A DNA stretch of 64,000 nt, from assembly GCA_963664395.2 (NCBI GenBank), contig OY761159.2:1536001-1600000 (forward strand), written 5' to 3'. The notes under the pieces were generated by a model. It was not told where the DNA came from, searched no databases, and saw only the letters and a program-made list of their open reading frames with translations. Made by a program: the position numbers and the translations under genes. Below, one piece after another: positions 10,401 through 19,060 of the stretch (positions are counted from its first letter, which is position 1; each line of letters begins with the position of its first letter). Origin of the DNA: Candidatus Binatia bacterium (GTDB lineage: Bacteria > Desulfobacterota > Binatia > Bin18).

Positions 10401-10901
10401 GAACTCTTCATACCGCGTGTAGACGTCCAGCAGATTACGTATTTTCTCTCGATATAATACGTCCTGCGCAGGAATCCGGGTATAAAACACTTGCAGCTGG
10501 GATGGCTGAATGCCCGCCTGCTTGAGGTCTGACAGCGTCTCACTCAAGAACTGGGGAAACCGAGGCTGCCGGGCGAAAGCCTGAAATCCGCCGCCGGCTT
10601 GTTCCTGCAATAGTTTCTTTACCAGAAGCGGAGCTAACGCGGCTGAGACTCGACGTTTCCGCCTCGGCCGCTCTTCAGTCCGGCGCACCGCAAAGTCGCT
10701 CAGCGTCGTAAACCGAAGTCCCAAATGCCCGTCACCCGCCCTGGCGATTGCGGTGCTGAGCTGCGACCCGATCAGGCCGCTGGGAACAATAATCGTGAGT
10801 GGAGTAAGCGCATCGGCAGCTTTCAGCGTTTGTACAGCGGCAATGAGCGCATCTTGCAAAACAGCAAGCGAGTCGGAGACAAATACTCGCTTTTGAGACA
10901 T
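7464..10901 (-). CDS. addB: AddB-type PD-(D/E)XK nuclease subunit with Fe-S cysteines
   Basis: LSASRLETYARCPFRYF, LRGRIDRVD, ILDYKTG, QLALY, CLSCAFPGIC. Confidence 0.88.
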   Translation of the reverse strand: MSQKRVFVSDSLAVLQDALIAAVQTLKAADALTPLTIIVPSGLIGSQLSTAIARAGDGHLGLRFTTLSDFAVRRTEERPRRKRRVSAALAPLLVKKLLQEQAGGGFQAFARQPRFPQFLSETLSDLKQAGIQPSQLQVFYTRIPAQDVLYREKIRNLLDVYTRYEEFLDERHLVDDAGLFTPASGQSTTSVWDGPLLVYGCTEYTARQRRFLEAIFTQGDALVFLPWRPGSAYETVTPVLSWLNGRGFQSSPLARSPAPGCDLSQVQTRLFERAWEGEAPAQTGPRPVSTLQDTSPDTSPDTSPDTSPDTSPDTSPDTSLQIISAPDQTQEAREIARVIFSLVREQDYTFDEIGVLLNESKTYGPLLLETLSRLGIPCTSVEEQPLLATRLGKAVQALCHIVSEDCPRQRLFAFLWRAHPPFQDLIGATVSEAHIAQWEALCLEAGIGRGGQEWRVRLAALEARYQNAVAGQAADSLRLLRLFVRFMARFLTDVKMVRDQQTWGGWVEHFLRLYRDYVSRDISCNTSCDISSDISSDISSDISSDISSHISWSDEALDREGAGQPSPDIEETLRSLSPLFLSDETGRAEEWAGAVLALLSRAKVRPRKSQTSGVFLGDLAHAYGLRFRAVIMPGLAEESGPSLPSRDPILSDAERQHLAEVLTTDVPARRLVAEREQLLFTLATQSAQEVLCLTYPRSIHGLPRPPALLLLHTVSVLCGRQATLVDLKHRSRWIAGIPTPATAGVHAQGARHAVDALEFHLAYASAPARHVENGSSLPAIHAGLQTLPFFAPAARAIAQRWDSPQLTAFDGCMQAEAVKNTLRQHLFPHGLRLSASRLETYARCPFRYFLETVLDLKPWEEPEQIFALLPRDRGVLVHAILYDFFSRLRQTDQLSLSTLPVDDERRLLTQITQIAEEHFAVFAQTRPVGLPLLWELEREHLTRRLHAFLQRERQTARDFRPEAFEVFFGIGAEETEKTAAEFFPIHSAPFLLDTGEEVQLRGRIDRVDVSAEHNAARILDYKTGRIPSWGFAGGTALQLALYLYAAQYLRPDLHWVCAEYTSVDGTAQHDKKSLTAETLAATLGTLRTILTRLAEGMTSGLFFPVADACLSCAFPGICHPHGPEWAEQKLQDPHTTAWRWVRSQA
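9258..9341. repeat. 12-bp in-frame VNTR in addB (DISS)
   Basis: ACTGGAGATGTC-like x5 plus 2 degenerate copies. Confidence 0.95.
9949..10020. repeat. 12-bp in-frame VNTR in addB (DTSP)
   Basis: GTATCCGGAGAR x6. Confidence 0.95.
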
Positions 10902-10955
10902 ACGTTCTTGCCTGAGGCTCCTCCGCTCACCATTGCCATTGTCGCTGGAAGAGTC

Positions 10956-12329
10956 CTAGCGTTTGAAGAGCACGACTTCGAGCGTTTTATCGCTATAGCG
11001 ATGCTTGAAGCTCGATATCGCCCCACTCACATCAATCCGTTTGTTGAAATCAGGGGGAAACGAGGACGAGACCGCGGCGATTTTACGCACATCAAGCTCA
11101 CGGATACTGCCTCGCACCAGGAAAGTGCCATCCTTAAGAGCAAGGCTGTACTCGTAATCGGGCATTTCATCGCCAATCCCCAGCTCGCGCTTGGCCGCGG
11201 AAACCGGGACGCGGCGCGGGAATTCCATACGCAGGAGATAGGCATTGCCCTGTTCTTCAACCGTATAGCGCTCGCCGTAGCGCCGCGAACGTTCGGTCTT
11301 TTCATCAAACTCCGGTGTGTAATAGCCCTCGACAGGTTGGTCGCCCTTATCAGGCGTCCGTCCTCCGGAAGCGGCGAGAAAAGGAGCCATGGCCGGCGCA
11401 AGCGGCAGGCCATAGAACGTCCCACGCAGCGGAGTTTCTTCGGTCGGAACGCCCTGAAAGAAAGACTCGCGCAGACGGATTAACGTTTCCACCGAAGCAA
11501 TGAGCAGGCCAAGAAAGATGAACTTATTCGTCGCCTGACTGAAGAGTTCTCCCCCCAAAGCCACGGTATATACGGCCAGTAGAATAATCGGATACAGGAC
11601 CATATTGAAAAGAATGTTCAGGCCGGTCGCAGTCCCAACATGAAAATAGCGCGTATCCCCAACAGACTGCTCAAGCGCCCGTTTGGTTGAGAGCGGCAAC
11701 GCGCCGAGGATGGGCTGGGCTGAGGCAAGGAGCACCCCAAGAATTGAATTGTTTTGCGGTGGCTGGACTCGGGCAAGAGCCTGTGCATACGTGCCGGCCA
11801 GTTCGCCCTCAAAGACTTTTTCCTCAACAACCTTTTTGGGCGCAACCGGCTTGGGTGTCGGCGCTGCTACGACTGGCGCCACCGCAACGGGGACCGCCAC
11901 CGGAGCAGGAGCTGCCACGGGTGTTGCGGATGCAACAGGTTCAGCCGCGCCATTTGCGGCCGGCGCCTCGGCGGCGACCGGAGCAGCGTCTCCCCCGTCC
12001 CCTTTGAAGCGCGACGGGAAATCCGCGCCAAACGTTTGCTCGGGATGCAACGCCTTGGCCCGCACCAGTAACGCTTCTTCGGTCTCCACAATGTCCGGGT
12101 TGGGCAGGCAGCAGTCTACCGGACACACCGCCGCACATGCCTCCTGATCGAAAAATCCCACACATTCGGTACACTTGTCCGGCACGATATAGAAAATGTC
12201 CTCATCAATCGCCGGGTGCTGCGCGCCGTTAAACTCCCACTCCACGCCCCCCTGATAGATCGCCGTATTCGGACACTCCGGTTCGCACGCCGCGCAGTTA
12301 ATACAGTCCTCGGTGATGATCGTCGCCAT
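10956..12329 (-). CDS. YfhL-like 2[4Fe-4S] ferredoxin fused to an Ala/Pro linker, membrane segment and Hsp20-like C-terminal domain
   Basis: CINCAACEPECP and CTECVG...CAAVCPVDCC; hydrophobic helices; C-terminus ending YSDKTLEVVLFK resembles an alpha-crystallin domain. Confidence 0.75.
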   Translation of the reverse strand: MATIITEDCINCAACEPECPNTAIYQGGVEWEFNGAQHPAIDEDIFYIVPDKCTECVGFFDQEACAAVCPVDCCLPNPDIVETEEALLVRAKALHPEQTFGADFPSRFKGDGGDAAPVAAEAPAANGAAEPVASATPVAAPAPVAVPVAVAPVVAAPTPKPVAPKKVVEEKVFEGELAGTYAQALARVQPPQNNSILGVLLASAQPILGALPLSTKRALEQSVGDTRYFHVGTATGLNILFNMVLYPIILLAVYTVALGGELFSQATNKFIFLGLLIASVETLIRLRESFFQGVPTEETPLRGTFYGLPLAPAMAPFLAASGGRTPDKGDQPVEGYYTPEFDEKTERSRRYGERYTVEEQGNAYLLRMEFPRRVPVSAAKRELGIGDEMPDYEYSLALKDGTFLVRGSIRELDVRKIAAVSSSFPPDFNKRIDVSGAISSFKHRYSDKTLEVVLFKR

Positions 12330-12445
12330 ACTGAACGGTTCTCCTTCTGCAAGTCAGTAGCTATTCAGTAGTTATAGTGTAGCAGCCCTTCATCTAACGG
12401 GTTTATGCTACTCGGTCAACGCGATCTCGATATTGTCTGATAATA

Positions 12446-12474
12446 TTGACAGCTATGGATTGCAGACCTAATGT
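12446..12474 (+). promoter_or_regulatory. Sigma70-like promoter for comEA
   Basis: TTGACA-N17-TAATGT, then SD AAGGAGG and ATG at 12506. Confidence 0.6.
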
Positions 12475-12505
12475 ATTTTCTCATTCTATTTTCCAAGGAG
12501 GAAGT

Positions 12506-12898
12506 ATGAAACATATGTCTGCATGGTTAGCGCTTGGGATTTTCGCTATCGGCTGCTTCATCGGGACGCCCGGCTGGGCGGATCACCATGAGGCTACTGA
12601 AGCGGCTGAGGCTACTGAAGCGGCTGAGGCTACTGAAGCAACTGAAGCTACTGAAGCAACTGAAGCTACTGGGCCGATTGACATCAACATGGCGGATGCA
12701 GCCACGTTGCAGACCCTGCCCGGCATCGGTGAAACAAAAGCCGCGGCCATTATTGCCCATCGCGGAGAAAACGGTCCGTTTCAGGCCTTAGAAGACCTGA
12801 AAAACGTCAACGGCATCGGCGATAAGACGTTTGAGGGTCTGAAAGAGAAAATTACGGTCGGGGCCAGCACACAACCCGCGGACGCTTCAGCAGAGTAG
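12506..12898 (+). CDS. comEA: ComEA DNA-binding competence protein
   Basis: Signal peptide; IDINMADAATLQTLPGIGETKA and LKNVNGIGDKT helix-hairpin-helix motifs. Confidence 0.92.
   Translation: MKHMSAWLALGIFAIGCFIGTPGWADHHEATEAAEATEAAEATEATEATEATEATGPIDINMADAATLQTLPGIGETKAAAIIAHRGENGPFQALEDLKNVNGIGDKTFEGLKEKITVGASTQPADASAE
12590..12670. repeat. 9-bp in-frame VNTR in comEA (EAT/EAA x9)
   Basis: GARGCNRCT repeated nine times. Confidence 0.9.
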
Positions 12899-12921
12899 CA
12901 GCGCTTCTGAACAATGCTGTC

Positions 12922-12952
12922 AGGGCGGCCTCCGTGGTCGCCCTTCTTTTTT
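12922..12952 (+). terminator. Intrinsic terminator after comEA
   Basis: AGGGCGGCC-loop-GGTCGCCCT followed by a T-run. Confidence 0.65.
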
Positions 12953-14828
12953 GAGGATTCGGGTGGATAACGCCTTCTCTCATAGTGCCGAGCTCGAAGC
13001 CAAGCTCATCACGCTACCAGCCGGCCCCGGCGTCTATAAATTCAAGGATCAAGGCGGAACCGTTATCTATGTCGGTAAAGCGAAGAATCTGCGCGCACGG
13101 GTCAGACAGTATGCTCGGGGTGGAGATGGTCGCGCCCAAATCCGCTTTCTGCTCGCCCAACTGGCCGATGTCGAGGTCATTGTTACGAACAGCGAAAAAG
13201 AGGCGCTGCTGCTCGAAGACACCCTCATTAAGCAGTTCCAGCCGCGGTATAATATTCGTCTCAAAGACAATGCTTCGTATTGGCACGTGAAGGTCACCCC
13301 CCATGCCGAATGGCCGCGTCTTGTGTTGACCCGCCAGGTGGCCAAGGACGGCAGCAAATATCTTGGTCCGTTCCATTCCAGCACCGCAGTCCAAGAAACC
13401 CTGGAGATTATTCGGAAGGTTTTTCCCCTCCGGACGTGTACGGACACCGTTTTTCGCAACCGCACCAGACCGTGCCTGGAATATCAGATCAAGCGCTGCC
13501 TCGGCCCCTGCACGCTGCCGGTCAACCCCGAAGACTACCAGCACCAACTGAAAAACGCGCTGCTGCTACTCGAAGGCAAGAGCACCCAACTGGCAGACCG
13601 ACTCAGCCGGCAGATGAACGAGGCAGCCGAGGCCCTTCGTTTTGAAGAAGCCGCGCGGCTGCGCGATCAGATCCGGGCCATGACAAAAACCGCCGAAAAG
13701 CAGCAAGTCGCCACACCCCTTGGCAACGATCAGGATATTTTCGGTTTGTATCGTGAAGGCGGACTCATCGAAGGCCAGGTCCTATTTGTGCGCGGTGGGA
13801 AACTCGTTGGCAATCTGGCCTATAGCTTTGATGATAATGAGTTTCCTGACGAAGAGGTAATGGCAGAATTCCTCAGTCAGTTCTACCAGGGCATCCGGTT
13901 TACACCCGACGATATCCTGTTACCCATTGTGCTCGACGATGCAGCCGTCCGGGCCGAACTCCTGACAGAGCGCAAGCACAAGAAGGTCAGTCTGCTCTGT
14001 CCGCAGCGGGGGGACAAACTCCGGCTGGTTGAAATGGCCCAGGAAAACGCCCGTCACAGCTTTGTCGAAAAACGCCGTGGAGAAGAACATAAAGAGAAAA
14101 CGCTCGACAGCTTACGCCGCGCGCTGCATCTGCGAAACGCCCCAAAACGTATTGAGTGTTTCGACATCTCGAATACCCAGGGCAATCTCGCCGTCGGTTC
14201 CATGGTCGTGTTTGATGAATGCGAGCCGGAGAAGAACCGCTACCGTCGCTTTCGGATCAAAACAGTCCAAGGAGCGGATGATTTTGGCATGATGTATGAA
14301 GTCCTCACCCGCCGCTATCGGCGCGCCTTGGAGGAGCACGACCTGCCGGACCTCCTCATGGTTGATGGCGGCAAGGGCCAACTCGGGGTTGCGGTTGAGG
14401 TCCTTCGAGAGTTGGAGATTACTGAGGTCGATGTGATTGGCCTGGCCAAGATGCGCACCGAACGGGACCCGTTTGCGGAAGAGGTCGCCCATTCCTCTGA
14501 GCGCGTCTTTCTGCCCGGTCGAAAGAATCCGGTCGTCCTCAAACCCAATGCAACCGCCCTCTTCCTCTTACAACGTGTCAGGGATGAGGCGCACCGCTTT
14601 GCCATTACCTATCATCGGAACCTGCGCGCAAAAGAACGACTCAGTTCGCCGCTTGATGCGATTAGCGGCGTTGGTCCGGCCAAACGCAAAGCGCTCCTCC
14701 GGCATTTTGGGAGCCTCAAACGCGTACGTGCCGCCGCGCCTGAAGCGTTGGGCCAGGTAGGAGGGATTACCCCGGCCTTAGCTGAAAAAATCCATCAGCA
14801 CTTGCGGGAACATCCCGCACCGCGCTAA
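12951..14828 (+). CDS. uvrC: Excinuclease ABC subunit C
   Basis: GIY-YIG (PGVY...IYVGKAKNLR), RIECFDISN, VDGGKGQ, RDEAHRFAI, C-terminal HhH; start uncertain (TTG or GTG). Confidence 0.97.
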   Translation: MRIRVDNAFSHSAELEAKLITLPAGPGVYKFKDQGGTVIYVGKAKNLRARVRQYARGGDGRAQIRFLLAQLADVEVIVTNSEKEALLLEDTLIKQFQPRYNIRLKDNASYWHVKVTPHAEWPRLVLTRQVAKDGSKYLGPFHSSTAVQETLEIIRKVFPLRTCTDTVFRNRTRPCLEYQIKRCLGPCTLPVNPEDYQHQLKNALLLLEGKSTQLADRLSRQMNEAAEALRFEEAARLRDQIRAMTKTAEKQQVATPLGNDQDIFGLYREGGLIEGQVLFVRGGKLVGNLAYSFDDNEFPDEEVMAEFLSQFYQGIRFTPDDILLPIVLDDAAVRAELLTERKHKKVSLLCPQRGDKLRLVEMAQENARHSFVEKRRGEEHKEKTLDSLRRALHLRNAPKRIECFDISNTQGNLAVGSMVVFDECEPEKNRYRRFRIKTVQGADDFGMMYEVLTRRYRRALEEHDLPDLLMVDGGKGQLGVAVEVLRELEITEVDVIGLAKMRTERDPFAEEVAHSSERVFLPGRKNPVVLKPNATALFLLQRVRDEAHRFAITYHRNLRAKERLSSPLDAISGVGPAKRKALLRHFGSLKRVRAAAPEALGQVGGITPALAEKIHQHLREHPAPR

Positions 14829-14855
14829 CAGACGCGTCGATCGTTCGTATCAATT

Positions 14856-17378
14856 ATGGTCAGCATGTCTCGTCAGCAATCTTGGCGAGTACGGCTACGG
14901 GATTTTTGTCTGCCCCTCACTGAAGTCCTGCAACAGTCGGTCCTCATTCATCTGGCACTCTTGTATCTCGTGGGCCAGGCCAGCATCGCCTGGGGGTTGC
15001 AGGCGGCTTCGCCCGTCTGGCTGGGCGGGCTGCTTGCATTCAGCGCGGCAAGCTGGGTTATGGGCGGGCTCCGGCTGGCCGTCCTGGTCAGCCTGCTGAG
15101 CGTCTCTTTCCTGACCGGCAATCTCAGCCTGCAGCGGGTCTACGCTCCGGATTTTCCTCCGCCGCACCTCCGGCATCTTTCTTTGCCGCAAAAAGTCATA
15201 CTGGAAGGCTGGCTGTTCCAGGAGCCGGAACGGGGTCCGACCCGTGGCCGGTTGTATCTTGAGGCGCAACGGGTCTGGCAAGACGGGCAGTCCCAGCCGG
15301 CAACGGGCAAGGTCCTCGTCACGGTTCGTCATTTCCAAGACCGCAAAGACCCCTGGCAGTACGGCGATGTGATGAAGCTTCCGCTCAAACTCCGCATCCC
15401 GCGCAATTTTCAGACGCCGGGCAGCTTTGATTATGCCGGCTATCTGGCCCGCCGGGATATCTACCTCAGCGCCTTTGTGTGGGATGCCAAGAAAATCAAA
15501 AAGGTCGAACTGGCCGACAGGGAGGGGACATGGCTGCGTCACCGGATTGAACACGTCCGGCGGACGGTCGGCGGCTTCTTTGACGAGCAGCTTTCAGCAA
15601 AATCCGCCGCCATTCTCCGCGCGCTGATTATCGGCGATAAGAGTCGACTTGATCCGGAGTTGCGCGACAGCTTTACGCGGGTGGGCGTTGCCCACGTCCT
15701 CGCCATTTCCGGGCTCCACATCGGCTTGGTTGCAACGCTGGCGTATGGGGCCTGGTGGTGGCTCCTGGCACGCAGTCAGTATGTGCTGTTGATGTGGTCA
15801 GTGCCCAAATTGGCCGCGCTCTTCACGCTGCCGGTCGTGCTGCTGTATGCCGGACTTGCGGGCGGCAGTGTTTCGACCTTGCGGGCGGTCATTATGGTTG
15901 CGGTCTTTCTCACTGCACGGCTGCTTGACCGAGAAGGGGAAGTCTTCCGCAGCCTCGCCCTCGCCGCCCTGATCGTGTCGCTGATCTGGCCGGGAGCCGT
16001 TTTTGATGTGTCTTTCCAGCTTTCTTTTGTGGCTGTCTTGGCCATCTTTCTCGGTCTGCATCGTTTCCAAACCTGGCGGGATAATCGGGACAAAACACGA
16101 GATGGCGATCCCTCCCAATGGCGACAGCAAATCCGGCGCTGGGCCGGTCTCTACTGTCTTATCACTCTGAGTGCAACGGTCGGTACGCTTCCGCTCGTCG
16201 CGACCTATTTTCATACCGTCCCGCTGGTTGGATTTGCGGCCAACCTGCTGGTGGTGCCTTTCCTGGGAAGTGCCGCCGTTGTGTTAGGTCTGGTTGCGAC
16301 AGCGCTGGTGTTTATTCACACGGGAGCTGCAACCCTGGTCGTGTGGTGTGCCGGAGCCGTGGTCTCGCTCGGTGTGTGGGTGGTCGAAGCCATTGCCGTT
16401 TTGCCCTTTGCCGCCGTTCACTTTGTGACACCAACGCTTTTTGAACTTATTCTGTTTTATACTTTATGTGTTTCCCTCCTGTTCTTTTCACACTTCCAGC
16501 CTCCCTGGTTACGGCGAATCTTTTTCTCCTGCTTGTTCAGTCTCGTGCTCTGTGACTGTACGTACTGGATCACCCAGCGCTATTTTCATACTGAGCTGCG
16601 GGTCTCTTTTCTTGATGTCGGACAGGGCGATGCCGCCGTAGTCGAGTTTCCCGGCTCCCATGTCATGGTCATTGACGCGGGCGGATTTCTGAGTCGGACG
16701 TTTGATTCGGGCCGGGTTATCGTCGCTCCCTTCTTATGGCAGAAGAAAATCGGACAGGTAGATACGCTTGTCCTCAGTCATCCCAACCTCGACCACTACG
16801 GCGGGTTGGAATTTCTGGCTGAGCACTTGGGCGTAACGTCCTTCTGGTTTAATGCTGACAAGCGGTCAAAAAGCCAGCGCTTCAAGCGGCTGATGACAAC
16901 GCTGGAAAGAAACGGTGTCGAAATACGCCCTTTGTGCAGTGGCTCTCAGGACCAGGAAATAAACAGCGTCCGCATCCAAATCCTCCATCCTCCCTGCAGC
17001 CAGACCGGACTGGACACAAACGATGCGTCCCTTGTGCTGCGCCTCAGTCATGGAGAGGTGGATATTCTTTTTTCCGGGGATGTCGAGACGGCCGGGGAGC
17101 GCATCCTTCTCTCAACGTCGGCACAACTTGCAAGTGAGATTCTCAAAGTCCCGCATCATGGCAGCCGGAGTTCAAGCACCCTGCCCTTTCTTGAAGCCGT
17201 GTCTCCCCAGGTTGCGATCGCCTCGCTGGGGCATCACAACCGCTTTCGGTTTCCCGCCCCAAAGGTGGTGGACCGCTATGAGCGGCGGGGCGTAGAATTG
17301 CTCAGAACGGACCAGGCGGGGACGATAACGGTGCTGAGTGACGGGAAGAGCTATCGGGTTGAGACCTTCTTGCCTTAG
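14856..17378 (+). CDS. comEC: ComEC/Rec2 DNA uptake channel
   Basis: HVLAISGLHIG, FQLSFVA, FLDVGQGDA, SHPNLDHYGG, KVPHHGS. Confidence 0.95.
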   Translation: MVSMSRQQSWRVRLRDFCLPLTEVLQQSVLIHLALLYLVGQASIAWGLQAASPVWLGGLLAFSAASWVMGGLRLAVLVSLLSVSFLTGNLSLQRVYAPDFPPPHLRHLSLPQKVILEGWLFQEPERGPTRGRLYLEAQRVWQDGQSQPATGKVLVTVRHFQDRKDPWQYGDVMKLPLKLRIPRNFQTPGSFDYAGYLARRDIYLSAFVWDAKKIKKVELADREGTWLRHRIEHVRRTVGGFFDEQLSAKSAAILRALIIGDKSRLDPELRDSFTRVGVAHVLAISGLHIGLVATLAYGAWWWLLARSQYVLLMWSVPKLAALFTLPVVLLYAGLAGGSVSTLRAVIMVAVFLTARLLDREGEVFRSLALAALIVSLIWPGAVFDVSFQLSFVAVLAIFLGLHRFQTWRDNRDKTRDGDPSQWRQQIRRWAGLYCLITLSATVGTLPLVATYFHTVPLVGFAANLLVVPFLGSAAVVLGLVATALVFIHTGAATLVVWCAGAVVSLGVWVVEAIAVLPFAAVHFVTPTLFELILFYTLCVSLLFFSHFQPPWLRRIFFSCLFSLVLCDCTYWITQRYFHTELRVSFLDVGQGDAAVVEFPGSHVMVIDAGGFLSRTFDSGRVIVAPFLWQKKIGQVDTLVLSHPNLDHYGGLEFLAEHLGVTSFWFNADKRSKSQRFKRLMTTLERNGVEIRPLCSGSQDQEINSVRIQILHPPCSQTGLDTNDASLVLRLSHGEVDILFSGDVETAGERILLSTSAQLASEILKVPHHGSRSSSTLPFLEAVSPQVAIASLGHHNRFRFPAPKVVDRYERRGVELLRTDQAGTITVLSDGKSYRVETFLP

Positions 17379-17511
17379 TTGAACCGCGAGACTGAACCGC
17401 TCCAGGTGAGAGGATAACTTGACAGTCTCTGAGGGAAGGAGGTACCACCAGAGGCGAATAGTCGCGCCTGGGAGGGCGTTCCTTTTACCTTCCTGTTGCG
17501 AAGGCCTCACA

Positions 17512-18222
17512 ATGCCACCACCTCTACTGAAACTCGAAAACGTCTCTCGCCTTCTCGGGGATCGTTGGTGTCTGCGCAACCTCAGCCTCGACATCATGCC
17601 GGGTGAAGTCGTCGCCGTGGTCGGAGCCAACGGTGCGGGGAAGACTACTCTGCTCCGCCTCCTCTCCGGCAACTTGGCCCCGACCCGCGGCCGAGTCACG
17701 CTTGGTGCGGCGGACCTCTACCGCCAGCGAGATCGGGTGCAGACCCGTATCGGGCTGGTGCCTGAACAACCGGCGCTGTATGAGGATTTAAGCGTGCAGG
17801 CGTATCTCGGCTTTATGGGTACCCTGCAAGGATTATCCCCGGCTGGTCTGGCCGCGCGGATTGCGGCGGTTGTGGAAGAGTGCCAGCTTGGAGGGGTGAC
17901 TGCTCAGGTCATTCGCACCCTGTCCCTGGGCTTTCGTCAACGGGTCTCTTTGGCCCAGGCGCGACTGCATGAACCCGACCTGCTCATCCTGGATGAACCC
18001 ACGAATGGACTGGACCCGGTGGAGGGAGAAGCCGTTGCCCGGACTTTCCGAAGAGTCAGCGCGGGACAGACGACGGTGCTGAGCACCCACATGTTGCAGG
18101 ATGTGGCAGACTGGTGTCAGCGGGTGGTGTTCCTTCAGTCCGGTGAAATAATCGCTGACGAACGACTGGAGGAAAACATGGCCGCTCATGACGTCCTTGC
18201 GTTACTGCAACGGACGCTATGA
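17512..18222 (+). CDS. ABC transporter ATP-binding protein (GldA-like)
   Basis: GANGAGKTT, LSLGFRQR, LILDEPTNGLDP. Confidence 0.9.
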   Translation: MPPPLLKLENVSRLLGDRWCLRNLSLDIMPGEVVAVVGANGAGKTTLLRLLSGNLAPTRGRVTLGAADLYRQRDRVQTRIGLVPEQPALYEDLSVQAYLGFMGTLQGLSPAGLAARIAAVVEECQLGGVTAQVIRTLSLGFRQRVSLAQARLHEPDLLILDEPTNGLDPVEGEAVARTFRRVSAGQTTVLSTHMLQDVADWCQRVVFLQSGEIIADERLEENMAAHDVLALLQRTL

Positions 18223-18268
18223 CCAGTCTCCAATCTATCCCTAGCAGAGGCAGACGGACCGAGGACTG

Positions 18269-19057
18269 ATGCGCAAAATTTTGGCGATATGCCGCAAGGA
18301 ATGGCAGGTGTTCTTCTCTTCGGCAACGGTGCTGAGCGTGTGCGGAGGATTCTGGCTCATGGCCGGGGTGTTCTTTTTTGACCGTGTCCAGCGCTATAAC
18401 GAGCTCTTGTTTCGAGCCGAGATGCAATTGGTCTTGCCCGATTTTTCCGGGGCCCTGCCGGCTGAGCTGAATGTCGAGGACCAACTCCTGACCCCCTTTC
18501 TGTTTCAGTTAGTCCTGCTCCTGACGGTCTTCGTGCCCATCCTGACGATGCGGACCGTGGCGGAAGAGAAACGCACCGGGACCTTGGCGCTGCTCTTTAC
18601 CAGCCAAGTGACAGCCGGTCAGCTTGCCATCGGAAAATTCTTCGCCTGCTGGTCGTTTCTGAATGTGATGATTGTCATCGCCTTTGGCTTTCCGCTGGCC
18701 CTGTCCTGGAAGGTTGGCATCGCGGTCGGACCCCTGCTGGGAGTATTTGTCGGTCTGGTCTGTGTCGGGATGGCCCTGGTTGGGTTTGGGATTTTTTGCT
18801 CGTCCCTGACCGCCCGTCAGAGCGTGGCTGTGCTGCTTGCCTATATGGGTGCCGTGGTGTGGTATGATTTCTCCTGGGCGTATAATTTTGTCACAACGGC
18901 AGGAGCGCGAACGCTGGAGTGGCTGGCATTGTCGAGCCATATGGAAAATTTTGCCCATGGGGTTTTGAGCGGACAGGATATGACCTATTTTGTCGGAGCC
19001 ACGTGCTTCTTCCTTTTTCTGACCTCAGGCAGCCTCCTGCTGAGCCGGGCCGGATAG
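18269..19057 (+). CDS. ABC-2 permease (GldF-like)
   Basis: LTMRTVAEEKRTGTLALLFT; six hydrophobic helices. Confidence 0.85.
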   Translation: MRKILAICRKEWQVFFSSATVLSVCGGFWLMAGVFFFDRVQRYNELLFRAEMQLVLPDFSGALPAELNVEDQLLTPFLFQLVLLLTVFVPILTMRTVAEEKRTGTLALLFTSQVTAGQLAIGKFFACWSFLNVMIVIAFGFPLALSWKVGIAVGPLLGVFVGLVCVGMALVGFGIFCSSLTARQSVAVLLAYMGAVVWYDFSWAYNFVTTAGARTLEWLALSSHMENFAHGVLSGQDMTYFVGATCFFLFLTSGSLLLSRAG

Positions 19058-19060
19058 CGT

